A stretch of 64,000 nucleotides of DNA from Spirochaetia bacterium (GTDB lineage Bacteria; Spirochaetota; Spirochaetia; CAKZLE01): contig OY782041.1 in NCBI GenBank assembly GCA_963677595.1, positions 3,776,001 through 3,840,000 on the forward strand, given 5' to 3'. Each line of letters begins with the position of its first letter. Position 1 is the first letter of the stretch. Both the position numbers and the translations under genes were made by a program. The notes under the pieces are model-generated. The model did no database searches. It was not told where the DNA came from and saw nothing but the letters and a program-made list of their open reading frames with translations. This document shows, in pieces, positions 59,530 to 64,000 of the stretch.

Positions 59530-61409
59530 TGTCAGAATTATCACAAGATCCTTTGATTAAGAAACTCATCGAATACGCAAAGAAGAAGAAGCAGATAACC
59601 TATGCAGAGATGCATGAGTTCCTGCCTGATTCCATTGCTGATTCAGACCGCATCGAGGAAGTCGTCGATATCCTCGAGAGTCATGATATCAAGGTCCTGG
59701 AAGATAAGCATGGTTCATCACATGAGCAGGAAGAGGGTGAACCAGAGGATGATTTCGAGGTCGATGACGATGATATCGATTTCGACGAAGACGAAGAGGA
59801 TATGGACCTCATGTCCGATGATTCTGACGATGACGACGATGATATCGATGACGATGAGGGCGATGATGACGACGGGGAGGGTGCACCCCCCGCGAAGAAA
59901 TCATCACGGTCCAAGAAGCTCCTCTATAACGACAGCGATGCCGCGATCGATGACCCCATCAGGCTCTACCTGCGTGAGATCGGGAAGGAGAGCCTGCTCA
60001 CCGCCGAACAGGAAGTAGAACTCTCCAAGAAGATGGAAGAGGGTGAGAACATCATCCGCGGCGTCATCCTTCGCTCGGGGATCATGATCACCGGCATGTA
60101 TGAGATCCAGACGAAACTCTCCCAGAAGATCGACGAGAGTGAACTCGAGCTCTCCAAGAAGGAGCTCGCAGACTTCTTCTCCGAGCAGAAACGTCTCAAC
60201 CAGGCCTATAAAGACCAGATCAAGGAAGTGAACGCACCGCTCAAGAACTATGTGGAACAGAAGAAGAAGATCCTCAGCGAGGGCGGCAACTTCATAACCG
60301 ATGAGGACCTCAGCAAGAAGCGTGAGAAACTCATGAAGAAGCTCTCCGCCTTCATCCTCCAGCAGGATGAGATCATCGACTTCACCGATAAGTTCATACA
60401 GACCGAGAAGGCGATCTACGAGCTCCAGAACACCCGGGACCAGCTCGAGGCACGACTCGGCGTGAGCTCGGTACGTGAGCTCAGGCAGATGGGCCGGTCT
60501 TTGGCTGTGCCGAGCAAGCGGGAGGCGCTTGAAGAGGCCCTGCAGATGACGACCGATGTCATCAAGGAGCAGATCAGGCAGATCCAGCTGACAGAGAAGA
60601 ACCTCAAGAACATCGAGTTCGAGTTCGAGAGCGATATCAGCGACATCATCGTCGACGCCAAGGAGATCGAGCGCGGGCGCAATATGATGAAGAGCGCGAA
60701 GGACCGCCTCATCCAGGCGAACCTCCGTCTCGTCGTCTCCATCGCGAAGAAGTACACCAACAGGGGACTTCACTTCTTCGACCTCGTCCAGGAAGGGAAC
60801 ATCGGCCTGATCAAGGCTGTTGAGAAGTTCGAGTACCGCAAGGGATACAAGTTCTCCACCTATGCTACCTGGTGGATCAGGCAGGCGATCACCCGGTCGA
60901 TCTCCGACCAGGCAAGGACGATCAGGGTCCCTGTCCACATGATCGAGCAGATCAACAAGGTCGTCAGGGAATCACGGCAGCTCATGCAGGTCTTCGGCAG
61001 GGAACCGACCGACGAGGAGATCGCTGAGCGTCTCGGCTGGACCCCCCAGCGGGTCAAGACGGTGAAGAACGTCGCACGGGAGCCGATTTCACTCGAGACA
61101 CCGATCGGGGAAGAGGAGGATTCTCTCCTCGGAGACTTCATCGAGGACAAGGAGGTCGAGAACCCCGCGACCCAGACAGCCTTCAAACTCCTGCAGGAAC
61201 AGCTTCAGGATGTCCTGAAGACGCTGCCTCCGCGAGAACAGGAAGTTCTCAAGATGAGATTCGGCCTTGAAGATGGTTATTCATTGACACTCGAGGAGGT
61301 TGGGTTGTATTTTGAGGTTACGCGTGAACGTATCCGGCAGATCGAGGCGAAAGCCCTCAGGAGACTGCGCCACCCGAAACGAAGCAGGCGTTTGAAAGAT
61401 TATGTATAA
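59529..61409 (+). CDS. rpoD: Primary sigma factor sigma70
   Basis: [63 protein letters not shown]; acidic linker. Confidence 0.99.
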   Translation: MSELSQDPLIKKLIEYAKKKKQITYAEMHEFLPDSIADSDRIEEVVDILESHDIKVLEDKHGSSHEQEEGEPEDDFEVDDDDIDFDEDEEDMDLMSDDSDDDDDDIDDDEGDDDDGEGAPPAKKSSRSKKLLYNDSDAAIDDPIRLYLREIGKESLLTAEQEVELSKKMEEGENIIRGVILRSGIMITGMYEIQTKLSQKIDESELELSKKELADFFSEQKRLNQAYKDQIKEVNAPLKNYVEQKKKILSEGGNFITDEDLSKKREKLMKKLSAFILQQDEIIDFTDKFIQTEKAIYELQNTRDQLEARLGVSSVRELRQMGRSLAVPSKREALEEALQMTTDVIKEQIRQIQLTEKNLKNIEFEFESDISDIIVDAKEIERGRNMMKSAKDRLIQANLRLVVSIAKKYTNRGLHFFDLVQEGNIGLIKAVEKFEYRKGYKFSTYATWWIRQAITRSISDQARTIRVPVHMIEQINKVVRESRQLMQVFGREPTDEEIAERLGWTPQRVKTVKNVAREPISLETPIGEEEDSLLGDFIEDKEVENPATQTAFKLLQEQLQDVLKTLPPREQEVLKMRFGLEDGYSLTLEEVGLYFEVTRERIRQIEAKALRRLRHPKRSRRLKDYV

Positions 61410-61437
61410 TTTCACTAGATGTGTTAGGAGTAGATAG

Positions 61438-62235
61438 ATGCAGGAGATTTTTTCCAAATTACAGGCATTGCAGACGATTTTATCAAAGAAATATGACGTC
61501 CAGGATGAGGTCAAGGAGATCCCGAAGACCCTGAGCACCAAGATCGAGCTGCTCAACCGGGGTAAGAAGAACTATCTCGAGAAGAACGAGAAGCTCGAAC
61601 TCATCAAGACCGATATCAAGAGTATCAGGATCCGTCTCGATGATGCAGAACGGGAACGTGAGAACTATGAGAAACAGATGGACCTCATCACTACCCAGCG
61701 TGAATATGAAGCCCTTGACAAAGAGATCAAGGATGCGACCGAGAAGGAACAGCAGCTGAGGAAGTCCATCCTCCATAAAGAGAACATCATGGAGGAGCTC
61801 GTCACCCAGATCGAGGAGCAGGAAGACCTGATGAAGCTCCAGGAAGACGAGGTCAAGGTCGAGCAGGAGAAGATGGAATCCATCCTCTCCGAGAAGAACG
61901 CAGAACTCGCGGTACTCAAGGAGCAGGAGGACGAGATCGTCCCCGACATCGACGAGGATGTCCTCTTCAAGTTCGAGAGGATCATCAAGAACAAGTCCGG
62001 TGTCGGTATTGTCCCGGTCCATGACACGGTCTGTACCGGCTGCCATATGACGCTGCCCGCACAGTTCGTGAATGATGTGCGTAAGGGCAAGGACTTCAAG
62101 TTCTGTCCCTATTGCAGCCGAATCCTCTACTTCGAGGAGATCGATGAGGATCTCATCGGCGCAGCGGTCGGAGCTGACGATATCGAAGAGGGTGCACTTG
62201 CTGACCTCGTCGATCTTGATGACTTCGATCTCTAA
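61438..62235 (+). CDS. Coiled-coil plus C4 zinc-ribbon protein (DUF164 / CT398-like)
   Basis: Long heptad coil, REYEAL.KEI, CTGCHMTLP, CPYCSRILY. Confidence 0.9.
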   Translation: MQEIFSKLQALQTILSKKYDVQDEVKEIPKTLSTKIELLNRGKKNYLEKNEKLELIKTDIKSIRIRLDDAERERENYEKQMDLITTQREYEALDKEIKDATEKEQQLRKSILHKENIMEELVTQIEEQEDLMKLQEDEVKVEQEKMESILSEKNAELAVLKEQEDEIVPDIDEDVLFKFERIIKNKSGVGIVPVHDTVCTGCHMTLPAQFVNDVRKGKDFKFCPYCSRILYFEEIDEDLIGAAVGADDIEEGALADLVDLDDFDL

Positions 62236-62249
62236 CAATGTGTGAGTTG

Positions 62250-62586
62250 TCCAGGTCAGATGATCGCTTTATACTTCATGTATAAAGAGGAAAGTCCGGG
62301 CTCCATAGAACATGAAGCCGGGTAACCCCCGGGGGCTCCCGCAAGGGAGCTACAGAAAGTGCCGCAGAAAATATACCGCCTGCTTTGCAGGTAAGGGTGA
62401 AATGGTGGGGTAAGAGCCCACCGCCTGTCTGGCAACAGGCAGGGCAGGGTAAACCTCTTCAGGAGCAAGACCAAACAGCAGTTCGGTTGTTCGCCTTAAG
62501 GCTGCGGGTAGGTCGCTGGAGCACCATGGCGACATGGTGCGTAGATAGATGATCATCGATCACAGAACCCGGCTTATCGGCCTGGA
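62250..62586 (+). ncRNA. rnpB: RNase P RNA (type A)
   Basis: GAGGAAAGTCCGGGCTCC, AGGGTGAAATGGTGGGGTAAGAGCCCACCG, GGTAAAC, ACAGAACCCGGCTTA; P1 TCCAGGTC/GGCCTGGA. Confidence 0.97.
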
Positions 62587-62596
62587 TTTTTTTCAT

Positions 62597-63427
62597 ATGA
62601 AGCGAGTAGAGCGTAGAGATCGAAAGAGCAGTATCGTACCCCTTCTCCTGCTGGCAGCCTGCCTGGCTGTCCTGCTTGCCGTATTCCTGACTGCCCTGCA
62701 AGACCACCGCAGGGAACGCGAGGAGGCTGCGTTCCTCGAGCTCTTCTATGACGGTGACTACCAGGGATTCATCACTGAATACCAACAGCTCGACGAAGTG
62801 AGGCGGGTTACTGAGACCTATCTCTACCTTTACGGCATCAGCTGCTACTCACTCGGTGACTATGACGCAGTGATTGACAGCCTGACCCTCTTCAACATGC
62901 TCTATCCGGTAACCAGTGAGAACCTGCCGCTCTTGAAGTACCTGCTCGGTGCATCATTCTTCTTCAACGCTACCTACGACGAAGCACTGGAGTACCTGCA
63001 GTCTGCAGCAGCCGCTGGCTATGATTCTGTGAAGCTGCAGCTGCTTATCGGACTGGCAGCTGGCTTTGAAGGAGCATATGGCGAAGCGAAACAGCATCTG
63101 CTTGCTTCCGGGCTTAGTGAGCGGCAGGCGGGGTATTTCCTCCTGGACAGATACGTCGAGCATGGGGAGACCGAGACTGCAGTCAGGCAGGTCGATTCAC
63201 TCCTGCGTGTTGCAGCTGATGAGCAGGAGGTCATCGACCTCTATCGCAGGAAAGCCGGCCTGGAATCCTGGGATGATGTGACACTCTATTTGCTGCTGGC
63301 AGAGACGGTCACTGACTCCGTCCTGCTCCACGACATATATCTTGAACTTGCTGATGCCTATGAAGGTATCGGCAACCTGATAGAGGCACGCAGCCTTCGG
63401 GTACGGGCCGCTGATCTTGTACGATAA
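62597..63427 (+). CDS. Membrane-anchored TPR protein
   Basis: N-terminal TM; TPR-like YLYGISCYSLGDYDAVI, YLLGASFFFNATYDEAL. Confidence 0.72.
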   Translation: MKRVERRDRKSSIVPLLLLAACLAVLLAVFLTALQDHRREREEAAFLELFYDGDYQGFITEYQQLDEVRRVTETYLYLYGISCYSLGDYDAVIDSLTLFNMLYPVTSENLPLLKYLLGASFFFNATYDEALEYLQSAAAAGYDSVKLQLLIGLAAGFEGAYGEAKQHLLASGLSERQAGYFLLDRYVEHGETETAVRQVDSLLRVAADEQEVIDLYRRKAGLESWDDVTLYLLLAETVTDSVLLHDIYLELADAYEGIGNLIEARSLRVRAADLVR

Positions 63428-63437
63428 TGAGGTGATT

Positions 63438-64000
63438 ATGACCATACGACCAGAACTTGAATTCAGCAAGGAGCTGCTCCATATCGAGAAACCCGGAAGG
63501 TATACAGGGGGCGAGTTCGGTAACCTGAAGCCCTATGATGATGATATAACCATCACGGTCGCCCTCTGTTTCCCTGACCTGTACGAGATCGGCATGTCGA
63601 ACAATGCCATACGCATCCTCTATGACCTATGCAACAACGTACCCCACGTGCTCTGTGACCTGGTCTTCTGTCCTGCCCCCGATTTCGAGAAGCTGCTCAA
63701 GGATCGCGATGTACCGCTATACACGCTAGGCTACGGCATCCCGCTTCATGAGTGTGACATAGTGGGGTTCTCGGTAGGCTATGAACTCGCCGCCACGAAC
63801 ATGCTCACCGTCCTCGAGACCGCGAAGATCCCGATCCATGCCGCAGACCGGAAGGATTCTGATCCACTCATCATTGCCGGAGGACCCGCGATCACAAATC
63901 CCGTACCCTTCGAAGCCTGGCTCGACGGTGTCTACATCGGGGATGCTGAATCAGTCACCGGGCTGCCTGCGATCCTGAACTCCTTCGTCGCACTCAAGGC
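63438..64000 (+). CDS. B12-binding radical SAM protein, TIGR03960 family (truncated by window end)
   Basis: MTIRPE...IEKPGRYTGGE, ALCFPDLYEIGMSN, GFSVGYEL, IAGGP..NP.P; not in ORF track because it is open-ended. Confidence 0.85.
   Translation, partial: MTIRPELEFSKELLHIEKPGRYTGGEFGNLKPYDDDITITVALCFPDLYEIGMSNNAIRILYDLCNNVPHVLCDLVFCPAPDFEKLLKDRDVPLYTLGYGIPLHECDIVGFSVGYELAATNMLTVLETAKIPIHAADRKDSDPLIIAGGPAITNPVPFEAWLDGVYIGDAESVTGLPAILNSFVALK

Noticed and set aside
59730-59880. GAT/GAC trinucleotide-like repeat
   Set aside because: Encodes the normal acidic linker of sigma70 region 1.1; imperfect, not a contingency locus.
1-64000. CRISPR arrays, IS elements, integrases, prophage or defence operons
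   Set aside because: No regularly spaced repeats, terminal inverted repeats or corresponding protein motifs seen by eye; a formal self-alignment was not run.

Overview
This is a gene-dense, mostly housekeeping chromosomal segment from a spirochaete (Spirochaetota, probably a free-living anaerobic Spirochaetales member, inferred from gene order and protein families). It runs ispG'-uvrA-lptD-like-phoH-7TM/HD-ybeY-corC; gap-pgk-tpiA-secG; surA-like-nusB-map-htrA-PRT; an OmpW/TP0733-type barrel plus a large lipoprotein divergent from folD-miaB-lapA; a ~2.1 kb accessory islet at the 3' end of tmRNA; ssrA-smpB-PEGA/FGE; lepB-hemW-yebC-ruvCAB-queA; tmk; rnfCDGEAB followed by a degenerate GH57-like gene; prfB (+1 frameshift)-PEGA-ftsY-exported protein-lolCDE-DEDDh exonuclease-rnz; a degenerate-GGDEF membrane protein pair opposite ftsB; DUF1015, thiN, aroH; tRNA-Thr, tRNA-Tyr; ykgJ-dnaG-rpoD-Zn-ribbon-rnpB-TPR-radical SAM'. 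I saw no CRISPR array, intact transposase, integrase, prophage or defence system. The best leads are a mosaic rhuM remnant missed by the ORF track, a Fur-box-like palindrome shared by two divergent promoter regions, a probable pseudo-enzyme behind rnf, uncharacterised envelope proteins coupled to lolCDE and to the OMP gene, and a ZipA/HubP-like degenerate GGDEF protein. All family assignments come from motif recognition by eye; no searches were run.
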